NCBI GenBank assembly: GCA_017479485.1
Contig: JAFVCC010000051.1
Location: forward strand, 1-43,892
Direction of reading: 5' to 3'
Source of the DNA: Bacilli bacterium
GTDB lineage: Bacteria; Bacillota_I; Bacilli_A; RFN20; CAG-826
Length of the DNA stretch: 43,892 bases
Of the stretch, positions 28,310 through 38,367 are shown one piece after another. Below the pieces are notes generated by a model. The model was given only the letters and a program-made list of their open reading frames with translations, did not search any database and was not told the origin of the DNA. The position numbers and the translations under genes are program-made. Within the stretch, counting starts at the first letter, position 1. Each line of letters opens with the position of its first letter.

Positions 28310-29176
28310 GTGGCCCGAAAGAAACTAAAAACGACGCTAAACATCGAAGACTATGGTCCTCACCCGTTTTGCCTGATGGACGACTACGCCATGACCGTCG
28401 CCTTCCGGAACAATTGCCCTGCGGTGAAAGAGGTGCTCGCGCCAATCCTTGGCCGAAATGACTTTACCGTCAAATCGGTCGTCACCCAAAGAGCCTCGCT
28501 TCTCCCGCAACTGCGCTCAGTCATCTTTGATTGCTTGATCGAATTCAAGGACGGGTCGCTCGTCGACGTGGAGATGCAAAACGAACTCTCGGGGATGAAG
28601 AAGGAGCGCCTCGCCCTATATTTTCATCACCTCGCCCTCAATGCCGCAAAGAAGGGGAAGGAATACGACCCGAATCGACCCGTTATCCTCATCGTGATCT
28701 GCCGGGGCGATATGTTTCACCATGGCGAGCCGCTTTACGAGGCGCAAATATGCGTCAAAGGACATGGCGACGTCATCGCGTCAAACCAACGGATCATCGT
28801 CGCCGACGCGCTTCATCAGGACGCTTCGACGGAGCTTGGCCGGCTGATGGCTGACCTGACTTGCGTCGATCCCGGACAAATGCACAACGCGCACTTACGC
28901 GGGGCGCTAGAGATGATACAATCAAAGAAAGGGAGGATCACCATGAACGAAGCTCTAAGTCGCGACATCGACCGACTGGTGCAAGAAGCCACCATGCAAG
29001 CCAAGCGGAAAGCCCTTAAGGAAGGCGAGAAAAAAGGCGAGGAAAAAGGCGTTCGGAAAGGAATGGTACTAATGGTTTTGAAACTGTTCCGCGCCGGCAA
29101 GATGACCGAATCCGAAGCCATGGAGGAGCTCGGCGTTTCCCAGGAAGAGTTCGAGCGCCTGCTTTCGAGCAACTGA
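28310..29176 (+). CDS. Rpn-family recombination-promoting nuclease / PD-(D/E)XK putative transposase (RpnL)
   Basis: LMDDY, RSVIFD...DVEMQ catalytic motif, and C-terminal EGEKKGEEKG repeats plus a helical tail; SD GGAGG and GTG start. Confidence 0.85.
   Translation: MARKKLKTTLNIEDYGPHPFCLMDDYAMTVAFRNNCPAVKEVLAPILGRNDFTVKSVVTQRASLLPQLRSVIFDCLIEFKDGSLVDVEMQNELSGMKKERLALYFHHLALNAAKKGKEYDPNRPVILIVICRGDMFHHGEPLYEAQICVKGHGDVIASNQRIIVADALHQDASTELGRLMADLTCVDPGQMHNAHLRGALEMIQSKKGRITMNEALSRDIDRLVQEATMQAKRKALKEGEKKGEEKGVRKGMVLMVLKLFRAGKMTESEAMEELGVSQEEFERLLSSN
28943..29176 (+). CDS. Internal in-frame small protein (RpnS-like, 77 aa)
   Basis: AAAGAAAGGGAGG-atcacc-ATG lies inside the rpn ORF; a near-identical initiation region precedes the two stand-alone copies. 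Confidence 0.7.
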   Translation: MNEALSRDIDRLVQEATMQAKRKALKEGEKKGEEKGVRKGMVLMVLKLFRAGKMTESEAMEELGVSQEEFERLLSSN

Positions 29177-29214
29177 TCCGTTCCCCATCACGATCAAAGA
29201 AAGGGAGGACCACC

Positions 29215-29436
29215 ATGGACGAAACTCTAAGACGCGATATCGACCAGCTGCTGCAAGAAGCCACCATGGAAGCTGCCATGAAAGCCGGCTTGAAAGCCGA
29301 GCAGAAAGCCATTAAGAAAGCAACCATCGAAACCGTTTTGAGGCTATACCGCGCCGGCAAGATCACCGAATCCGACGCCAAGGAGGAGCTCGGCGTTTCC
29401 CAGAAAGAGTTCGAGCGCCTGCTTTCGAGAAACTGA
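29215..29436 (+). CDS. Stand-alone RpnS-like protein, copy 2 (73 aa)
   Basis: Own SD GGGAGG; homologous to the Rpn C-terminus. Confidence 0.8.
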   Translation: MDETLRRDIDQLLQEATMEAAMKAGLKAEQKAIKKATIETVLRLYRAGKITESDAKEELGVSQKEFERLLSRN

Positions 29437-29477
29437 TCCGTTCCCTCATCACGATCAAAGAAAGGAAGGGGGCCACC

Positions 29478-29735
29478 ATGAACGAAGCACTAAGGCGCGA
29501 TATCGACCGGCTGGCGCAAGAAGCCGTCAGGAAAATCGAGCGGAGAGTCCTTAAGGAAGGCGAGAAAAATGGCAAGAAAATAGGCAAGATAATAGGCGAG
29601 AAAAGAGGCTTTCAGAAAGGAACGGTCCTAACGGTTTTGAGGCTATACCGCGCCGGCAAGATCACCGAATCCGACGCCATGGAGGAACTCGAAGTTTCCC
29701 AGAAAGAGTTCGAGTACCTGCTTTCGAACAACTGA
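29478..29735 (+). CDS. Stand-alone RpnS-like protein, copy 3 (85 aa)
   Basis: Own purine-rich SD (AAGGAAGGGG); homologous to the Rpn C-terminus. Confidence 0.8.
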   Translation: MNEALRRDIDRLAQEAVRKIERRVLKEGEKNGKKIGKIIGEKRGFQKGTVLTVLRLYRAGKITESDAMEELEVSQKEFEYLLSNN

Positions 29736-29949
29736 TCCGCTTCGTCCCATCGCCAAGCGTCCCTCTTTGAGATGGATCATAGCCATCGTCTGGGGCTGTA
29801 TTTCCCACCAGAAGAACTTTGTGGCTAATCCCACTTAGCAAAGAAAATCGTCCCGAGTGAAAATCTCCTCTTCCCAAAGGGGAAGGATGTTGATATAGTT
29901 TGCCTGCGGAAATCCCGATAGCGGTTCCGTATCGAACATTGACTTTATG

Positions 29950-29977
29950 GAGCGGTCCGATCACCGCTCTTTCTTTT
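29950..29977 (+). promoter_or_regulatory. rimP leader terminator/attenuator hairpin
   Basis: GAGCGGT-ccgatc-ACCGCTC then TTTCTTTT, directly before the rimP SD. Confidence 0.6.
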
Positions 29978-29989
29978 CTTGGAGGTAGC

Positions 29990-30451
29990 ATGAAAGAAGA
30001 GGAAAAGAAAATCTACGAAGCCCTTAACCCCACCGTCGAAAGCCTCGGTTACGAACTATCCGAAGTGCGTTTAAGCGGGGGTAAGAACAAAACCCTAAGC
30101 GTCGTCGTCGACCGCGTCGCGCCGATCTCTCTCGAAGACATCGTCGCGGTGTCGGAAGAGATCAACAAAGTGCTCGACGAGCTCGATCCCATCGAAGACG
30201 CCTACACCCTCGACATCAGCTCCCTCGGCGCGGAAAAGCCCCTCGCCGTCGACAAGCTCCCCCTCTACGTGGGGCAATACGTCTCCCTCCATCTGAGCCA
30301 TCCCTACAAAGGAGAGAACATCCTCGAAGGGACCCTCATGGAAGTCACCGACGATACGGTGACCCTCAAAGTCAAAGAAAAGGCCAAGCGCGCGCTCATC
30401 CACTTCCCTTATGCGGACGTGGATAAAGCCCGCCTCGCCATCGACATGTAA
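29990..30451 (+). CDS. rimP: Ribosome maturation factor RimP
   Basis: LDELDPIEDAYTLDISSLGAEKPL and KARLAI motifs; SD GGAGG; operon context. Confidence 0.93.
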   Translation: MKEEEKKIYEALNPTVESLGYELSEVRLSGGKNKTLSVVVDRVAPISLEDIVAVSEEINKVLDELDPIEDAYTLDISSLGAEKPLAVDKLPLYVGQYVSLHLSHPYKGENILEGTLMEVTDDTVTLKVKEKAKRALIHFPYADVDKARLAIDM

Positions 30452-30484
30452 ATCGCAACGCAAGAAGAAAGGTAAAAACATTCC

Positions 30485-32260
30485 ATGGACGCGAAAAAAT
30501 TCATCGACGCGGTATCCGAGCTCTCCGAAACCAAAGGGCTCTCCCGCGAAGCCATCATCCTCGCCCTCGAGGAAGCCATGAAGAGGGCCTACATCAAATA
30601 CCTCGGCGGTGGCGACGACGCCATCGTCACCTGCACCATCGACGAAGCAGCGGGCAAAATCGAACTCGCCCAGATCAAGAAAGTCGTCGAGGAAGTCCAG
30701 GACGACTACCTCGAAATCTCCGTCGAGGACGCCAACGAAGGCAAGAAGAAAGCCAAATACAAAGTCGGCGACGATTACGCCATCGTCTGCCCCATCGAGG
30801 ACCTCTCCAAGGTCACCGCGATGGCGGTCAAGAACAACCTCCGCCAGCGCCTCTCCGAGGCCGAGCGCTCGATGCTCTACGAAATCTATAAGGACCACAT
30901 CGGCGAGATGATGACCGGCATCGTCGAGAAAGCCGACGAGCGCTCCGTCACCGTCCGCATCGACCGCACCTCCATCGAGCTCTCCCGCAAGGAGCTCATC
31001 GGCGACGAATACTTCCGCGTCGGCGACCCCATCAAGGTCTACATCCAAGAGGTCAAATCGACCGAATCCGCGGATGGCCGTCCTTCCCGTGGCCCTCAGA
31101 TTCAAGCCACCCGTTCCTCCGAAGGCTTCCTGAAGAGGCTCTTTGAGGAAGAAATCCACGAAATCTATGACGGCACCGTCGTCATCAAAGCCATCGCCCG
31201 TCAGGCTGGCGTGCGCTCCAAAGTCGCCGTCGCTTCCTTAAACGAGGACGTCGACGCCACCGGCGCGTGCATTGGCCAAGGCGGCAACCGCATCCAAAAG
31301 ATCGTCTCGCAGCTTGGCAATGGCAAGAGCAAAGAGAAGATCGACGTCATCAACTATTCGCCCAACATCGGCGTCTTCATGATCGAAGCGATCCGCCCGG
31401 CCGTCGCCCTCGGCCTCAACATCGAGGAAGACGACAAGTTCGCCGAGGTCCTCATCGAGGATGGCTCCATCCCCTTAGCCTTAGGCAAATTCAAATCCAA
31501 CCTCGCCCTCGCCAAGAAGATCACCGGCTACGACATTGATTTCGTCGAGAAATCCAAAGCCGAAGAACTCGGCCTCATCTTCACCCCCGTCGAGGAATGG
31601 AAGAACAAAGCCGAAGAGGAGAAGAAGGAAGCCGAACGCCTCGCCTATATCGCCAAGCAACAAGAAGAAGCCGCCAAACGCGAAGCCGAACTTCGCGCCA
31701 AAGAAGAGGCCGAGAAGGCCGCTAAAGCCCTCGAAGAAGCCCAGAAAGCCGAAGAGGAGAAGCCCAGCGAAGAAGAGATGCCCGAAGTGGTCATCAAACC
31801 CGCTCCCGCGCCTAAGGCCGACGTCCGCCCCGAGGAATTCCCCGCCAGCGCGGTGAACCCTGCCGCCGCGGCCCTCGCCGCCGAGAAAGCGGCCCGCGAA
31901 GCCCGCAAGGCCGAAGAAGCCCGCAAGGCCGACGAAGCCCGCAAGGCCGAAGAGGAGAAACCCACCAGCGTCGCGACCACCACGACCCTCGAAGACCTCG
32001 AGAGGGAACTCGAGAAAGCCAAGGAAAAGAAGACCACCAGCTCCGCCAAGACCAAGCGTCCGCGCAAGATCACCGAAGAAGAAGTGGCCAAGACCCCGAC
32101 GCCGACCGCTACCCCAGCCGTCCCCACCATGCCCGTCTATACTGAAGAGGAACTCTCGCAGATCGAATCCGAGGAAGCCGAAGCCTTTGATGAGGCCGAC
32201 GACTACGAAGAGGATTACAGCGACTACGACGACTACTACGACGACGACGGACGTAACTAA
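30485..32260 (+). CDS. nusA: Transcription factor NusA with long charged C-terminal extension
   Basis: LFEEEIHEIYDG, ARQAGVRSKVAV, GACIGQGGNRI, EKIDVI. Confidence 0.95.
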   Translation: MDAKKFIDAVSELSETKGLSREAIILALEEAMKRAYIKYLGGGDDAIVTCTIDEAAGKIELAQIKKVVEEVQDDYLEISVEDANEGKKKAKYKVGDDYAIVCPIEDLSKVTAMAVKNNLRQRLSEAERSMLYEIYKDHIGEMMTGIVEKADERSVTVRIDRTSIELSRKELIGDEYFRVGDPIKVYIQEVKSTESADGRPSRGPQIQATRSSEGFLKRLFEEEIHEIYDGTVVIKAIARQAGVRSKVAVASLNEDVDATGACIGQGGNRIQKIVSQLGNGKSKEKIDVINYSPNIGVFMIEAIRPAVALGLNIEEDDKFAEVLIEDGSIPLALGKFKSNLALAKKITGYDIDFVEKSKAEELGLIFTPVEEWKNKAEEEKKEAERLAYIAKQQEEAAKREAELRAKEEAEKAAKALEEAQKAEEEKPSEEEMPEVVIKPAPAPKADVRPEEFPASAVNPAAAALAAEKAAREARKAEEARKADEARKAEEEKPTSVATTTTLEDLERELEKAKEKKTTSSAKTKRPRKITEEEVAKTPTPTATPAVPTMPVYTEEELSQIESEEAEAFDEADDYEEDYSDYDDYYDDDGRN

Positions 32261-32270
32261 GGTAATATAG

Positions 32271-32525
32271 ATGAAACGCGAAAACCCTCGGCTCGACGTT
32301 GCCACGCGCAAGAGTTTCCCTAAGAATCAATTGCTGCGCCTAGTGAAAATCGGGCCGAAGGTGGTCGTCGATAAAAGCCAAAGCCTCCCCGGTAGAGGCT
32401 ATTACCTCCATAAAGACGAAGCCGCGCTGGAGCTTGCGCTTCGCCGTCACGTCTTCGAGCGCCTCTTCCATTGCCCGTTAAGCGAGGAAGAAATCGCTTC
32501 CCTTAAGGAGGCCATCCATGAATAG
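32271..32525 (+). CDS. ylxR: YlxR/RnpM family protein (DUF448)
   Basis: PKNQLLRLV and GRGYYL motifs; position after nusA. Confidence 0.85.
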   Translation: MKRENPRLDVATRKSFPKNQLLRLVKIGPKVVVDKSQSLPGRGYYLHKDEAALELALRRHVFERLFHCPLSEEEIASLKEAIHE

Positions 32526-32819
32526 CAGCGCATTTGGGATGCTGGGCATCCTGAATCGCGCCGGGTTCGTCTTGTTTGGACCCGGCACGGAAAAATCCCT
32601 CCGTAAAGGCGCGCTGCTATTGCTCGCTCTCGATGCGAGCCCCCGCACCAAAAAGGAATACGAAGGGCCCGCGAATGCCCTCCGCCTTCCCATCTTCTAC
32701 GTTAGCAGCAAGCAAGAACTTGGCTCACCCCTAGGCCGCGACGAACTTAGCGCCGCATTAATCACCTCGAAAAAAGGCGCCAAGAGCCTGCTTGAGAAAC
32801 TTATGAAAGGAGAACCGTC

Positions 32820-32823
<4 letters not shown>
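32518..32823 (+). CDS. L7Ae-family RNA-binding protein (YlxQ-like)
   Basis: LGILNRAG, ALDASPRTKK, SKQELGSPLGR; position before infB. Confidence 0.8.
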
Positions 32824-34681
<1,858 letters not shown>

Positions 34682-34682
<1 letters not shown>

Positions 34683-35056
34683 TGGCCGACCGTCATAAGC
34701 GCATCAAGGCCCTCGTGGCCCGTAACGTCGCCGACATCGTCCAGTTCGAGATCAAGAAGCCTTCCATTGGCTTAGTGAGCGTCAACGACGTCGAAGTCTA
34801 CGACGACATGTCGCAGGCAAACGTCTACGTCACCTTCCTCGACCCACGCGGCTCCCACAATAAACTTGTGGAGCTCCAGCGCACCGAAGGCTTCGTCCGC
34901 TCTTCCTTAGCGAAGAAGCTCGACACCTATAAGGTACCGCGCATCCGTTTCTTCCTTGACGAAAGTTCCCTCAAGGCGCGTAGCCTCGAGGCGGCATTAG
35001 CCAGAGAAGAAGAACAGCTAAGCCACCTTCCTCCCCAAGATAACGACGACGAATAA
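34682..35056 (+). CDS. rbfA: Ribosome-binding factor A
   Basis: DMSQANVYVTF, GFVRS..., KVPRIRFFLDES; follows infB. Confidence 0.93.
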
Positions 35057-35065
35057 GTCTCTAAT

Positions 35066-35089
35066 GGCCTCCTGAACGGGAGGCCTTTT
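35066..35089 (+). terminator. Intrinsic terminator
   Basis: GGCCTCC-tgaacg-GGAGGCC-TTTT. Confidence 0.8.
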
Positions 35090-35102
35090 GCTTGAGCTAA
35101 GA

Positions 35103-35131
35103 TTGAGCGAGCATCTCTATTTCCCTATAAT
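35103..35131 (+). promoter_or_regulatory. Sigma-A promoter
   Basis: TTGAGC-N17-TATAAT. Confidence 0.65.
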
Positions 35132-35141
35132 GGAATCCGAC

Positions 35142-36962
35142 ATGAAACGCTATAGCAAAGAAGAACTTAAAAGCCTCGGTTACGAGGTGCTCAGCATGGA
35201 TGAAGAAGGGGCGAAGAAACGGGAGTACCGCCTCGTCGAATGCGACGAAGAATCGCTCCATGATTTTCTTTTTGATGACGTGCCTTTTGACTATGAGGAT
35301 GAACGTGGCATCCCTTTTGCTTACCGCGTTGGGAAACCTCTTCCCATCGATCCTTTTGAACTTGTGGAATACCTCCAATCGTTGGACGACGAACGCGAGA
35401 TGAAGGATTTCATCCTCCGCGCGAAGCAACGCTTCGCCGGGAGGAGACTCTTCGACGTGGACCTCAGGGATGGCGCCTATCTGGAAGACATCTATTTCAA
35501 GTTGCCCGAGCATCGGGTGAGCCACGTGCTTTCCTTGCTCGAATACCATGAGGCCCGCGACTACCTTGTCGACGCGGGTCGCTTAGCCTCCTTTTTGGTC
35601 GAACTCGCCGATAAAGACGACGAGCGAGAGGAAGATGAATTCTATTCTCCCGCATATAGCGACTACGCCCTTGGCATCATCCTCCGCAACATGGGTCACT
35701 CGTTCTATCTGATGGAAACGCAGGCGAAAGATGTTGCCGAAGCGGATCTATCCTATTACCAAGAAAACCTCAAAATCCTTGCAGGTCACGGAGATTTTCA
35801 AGGAATGAGGCTCCTGGGCTACGAATATTATGAAGGGAGCAATGGCTTTCCCTATGACCCGAAGAGATCCCTCCATTACCTCAGCGCCGCCTTTGCCTTA
35901 CGCGATGATCCTGACATCGCGCGAACCCTCGGCTATATCTATTATTATGGCCGGGCGAATAACGGCGTCCCCGATGGCGACAAAGCCTTCCAATATTTCG
36001 CGATCGGCCACATCGCGGGGCGTTATTTTGAGGCGACCTATAAACTTGCCGATTGCTATATCAAAGGCTATGGCACGCCCGTGTCGCATCAAGCGGCCTA
36101 TAACCTCGTCGCCTCAATTTATGCCGAAACCCGCGACCTCTACCTCGATGGGGAGGACTATTCGAAATTCGCCGACGTCGCCTTGCGCCTAGGGTCCTAT
36201 TACCGCGATGGCATCTACGTCGAAAAGGATAACTACGAAGCGTTAGGACAGTTTCTCTTAGCCCGCGCGGCCATTAAGTCACGCCTAGAAGCCGGGGAAT
36301 ATATCGGCGATCGCAGCGTCGCCGCCTCCATCTCCGAGAATATTGCCTCGGTAGTAAACGATCTTAACCTACAAAAGCGCGAATTCTCCGAATATGGTTT
36401 GGTGCTTCCGGACTATGAAGGCCATTTCGCTGATGCGGAAGTGGAGATTGAGCGCGCCGACGAAAGACATATCAAAGTCAATTTCGTCCCGACGAAGAAA
36501 TTCGCCTATTTCCTCCTCTCTCACCAAGCGTGCTTCGCCGAACGCATGACCGAAATTACCTTTATGCTGCGCATGGATAATCCCATGGATGAAGAAGCGT
36601 TTGAACGCCTTCAAAGCCTCGAACCAAATGATCTTTATTTCGATGGCGACGCGGTTACCTTCGCCAATACGAAGAAGGACGATTGGCTGTACCAATCCAT
36701 CGATGAAGTGTCCTTGCTCCCAGGAGAGGGGCTATGCTTCTATACCAAGCATTGTCTGGTCAAAGTCCGCTTTGGCGATGATGAGAAGACTTACGACTAC
36801 CTTTGCCTCGACCGCGAGGTGCGCCAAGGGGATCTGCTCACCGTGGAAAGCCAAGGCCAAAGCAAGCGCGTCAACGCGGTGGACGTGCGTTACGTCTATG
36901 AGGACGAACTGCCCTTGCCGTTAAGCAAAATGGGCATGGCGAAGAAAGTACGATTCGCCTAA
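35142..36962 (+). CDS. Sel1-like repeat protein
   Basis: LGYEYYEG, LGYIYYYG, LADCYIKGYG and LGSYYRDG repeats; start uncertain (35130 or 35142). Confidence 0.8.
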   Translation: MKRYSKEELKSLGYEVLSMDEEGAKKREYRLVECDEESLHDFLFDDVPFDYEDERGIPFAYRVGKPLPIDPFELVEYLQSLDDEREMKDFILRAKQRFAGRRLFDVDLRDGAYLEDIYFKLPEHRVSHVLSLLEYHEARDYLVDAGRLASFLVELADKDDEREEDEFYSPAYSDYALGIILRNMGHSFYLMETQAKDVAEADLSYYQENLKILAGHGDFQGMRLLGYEYYEGSNGFPYDPKRSLHYLSAAFALRDDPDIARTLGYIYYYGRANNGVPDGDKAFQYFAIGHIAGRYFEATYKLADCYIKGYGTPVSHQAAYNLVASIYAETRDLYLDGEDYSKFADVALRLGSYYRDGIYVEKDNYEALGQFLLARAAIKSRLEAGEYIGDRSVAASISENIASVVNDLNLQKREFSEYGLVLPDYEGHFADAEVEIERADERHIKVNFVPTKKFAYFLLSHQACFAERMTEITFMLRMDNPMDEEAFERLQSLEPNDLYFDGDAVTFANTKKDDWLYQSIDEVSLLPGEGLCFYTKHCLVKVRFGDDEKTYDYLCLDREVRQGDLLTVESQGQSKRVNAVDVRYVYEDELPLPLSKMGMAKKVRFA

Positions 36963-37166
36963 ATTTGTCAAAAATCGTTGCAAAACTCGCCTATTTTCTC
37001 ACTCAATTTCAATCTTATCATTTCTAATTCAGGTTGTTTCCCCGTGGTGCCTATATTTCTTCATCGGCAACCTTTCCCGATCATTTGTTGCACCGAATTT
37101 CGTTCCTGATGTCGGTTTTCTTCCCTTTTCGTAGTAACGAAAGGTCTAACAGGGTAAAATAAGTTA

Positions 37167-38288
37167 ATGGAACCGGCATTCGTCATACAAAATTTCGCCT
37201 TGATTTGCATTATCGCTGTCATGTCGATTCTTTTGGCGCAGAACATCCGCAGCCGCAAGTTCATGACCATCATTCTCTATGTGGTCTATGCCCTCGTCGC
37301 CATCTTGGCCGTCTTGCTTATGGTCGAGCAATACACCAAGCGCGATGGCAACCTCATCGGCGCGACCTGGGCTACTTTCCTTGGCTTTGCCATCCGCCCC
37401 GTCTGCCTCTATTCCTTCATTTTGCTTTCGCGGAAAAAATTCGGCCTCACCGAACGAATCCTCGCCATCCCTCTCGTCCTCAACGTCCTGGTCTATGCTT
37501 CGAGCGTCTTCCTTAGCGTGGAATGGCTTTCTCATCTCGCTTTCTATTACACCGTCCCTAGCGATGGCGGCGAGCTCGTTTATGTACGCGGGGTGCTAAA
37601 TTTCTTCGCCCACATCCTCGGACTCATCTACCTCGCCTACCTCGTCGTGCTCTCCATGCGCAGCCTCGGCGGCAAACACCGCCACGACTCGATTTCGATC
37701 CTCATCTGCGCGGTATTCATCGTCGCAGCGGTCGTCATCGAGATGTTCGGCCTCGCGATGGGCGTGCTCAACCTCGCCATCGCGATCTCCATCGTTTTCT
37801 ATTACCTGTTCCTATTAAAGGAAGACAACCGCCGCGACGCATTGACGGGCTTATTCGACCGCAAAACTTTTTATACCGACCTCGACCGTTTCTCCCGTGA
37901 AGTGCGCGGTATCATGGAGATCGATATGAATGGCCTTAAGTTCATCAACGACAACCAAGGCCATATCGCGGGCGACTTGGCGTTAAAATGCATCAGCGCG
38001 GCCATTGAGAAAGCCTGCCCGAGCGACATGTACATCTACCGTTTCGGCGGAGATGAATTCATCATCCTCATCACCAAACAGAAGGTGGACCTGCCCTCCA
38101 TGGATGCGCACATCAAAGCGGAAGTCGAACAGCATGGCTACAGTGTTTCCATCGGCTACGCTTCCTATCTTGGCAAGGACGAAAGCGTGGAGGAGCTCAT
38201 TCAACGCGCCGACGCGGCAATGTACGAAGATAAAGCCGCCTTCTACAAAAACAATCCCAAAGCCAACCGGCGAAGCGAGAGACGTTAA
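37167..38288 (+). CDS. Membrane-bound GGDEF diguanylate cyclase
   Basis: About 7 TM segments, DALTGLFDR, DMNGLKFIND..GH..GD, YRFGGDEF, ADAAMY. Confidence 0.9.
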   Translation: MEPAFVIQNFALICIIAVMSILLAQNIRSRKFMTIILYVVYALVAILAVLLMVEQYTKRDGNLIGATWATFLGFAIRPVCLYSFILLSRKKFGLTERILAIPLVLNVLVYASSVFLSVEWLSHLAFYYTVPSDGGELVYVRGVLNFFAHILGLIYLAYLVVLSMRSLGGKHRHDSISILICAVFIVAAVVIEMFGLAMGVLNLAIAISIVFYYLFLLKEDNRRDALTGLFDRKTFYTDLDRFSREVRGIMEIDMNGLKFINDNQGHIAGDLALKCISAAIEKACPSDMYIYRFGGDEFIILITKQKVDLPSMDAHIKAEVEQHGYSVSIGYASYLGKDESVEELIQRADAAMYEDKAAFYKNNPKANRRSERR

Positions 38289-38295
38289 AGACATT

Positions 38296-38320
38296 ACGGG
38301 CCCAAATGGCCCGTTTATTT
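38296..38320 (+). terminator. Intrinsic terminator
   Basis: ACGGGCC-caaat-GGCCCGT-TTATTT. Confidence 0.65.
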
Positions 38321-38367
38321 ATCGCTTTGCTTTGCAAACGCAAAGAATCATGTAGAATAACGAAGTT

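Larger units (their letters stand above)
28921..29740 (+). repeat. Three tandem ~260-290 bp units with conserved ends and variable centres
   Basis: ATCAAAGAAAGG at 28921, 29193 and 29454; each unit ends CTGCTTTCGA..AACTGATCCG. Confidence 0.92.

Noticed and set aside
28310-29176. Rpn as an IS transposase
   Set aside because: No terminal inverted repeats or target duplication seen; the family's transposase label is putative.
28921-29740. Tandem repeats as a CRISPR array or diversity-generating retroelement
   Set aside because: The units are ~270-bp protein-coding cassettes. There is no cas or reverse transcriptase gene, and the differences are not adenine-specific.
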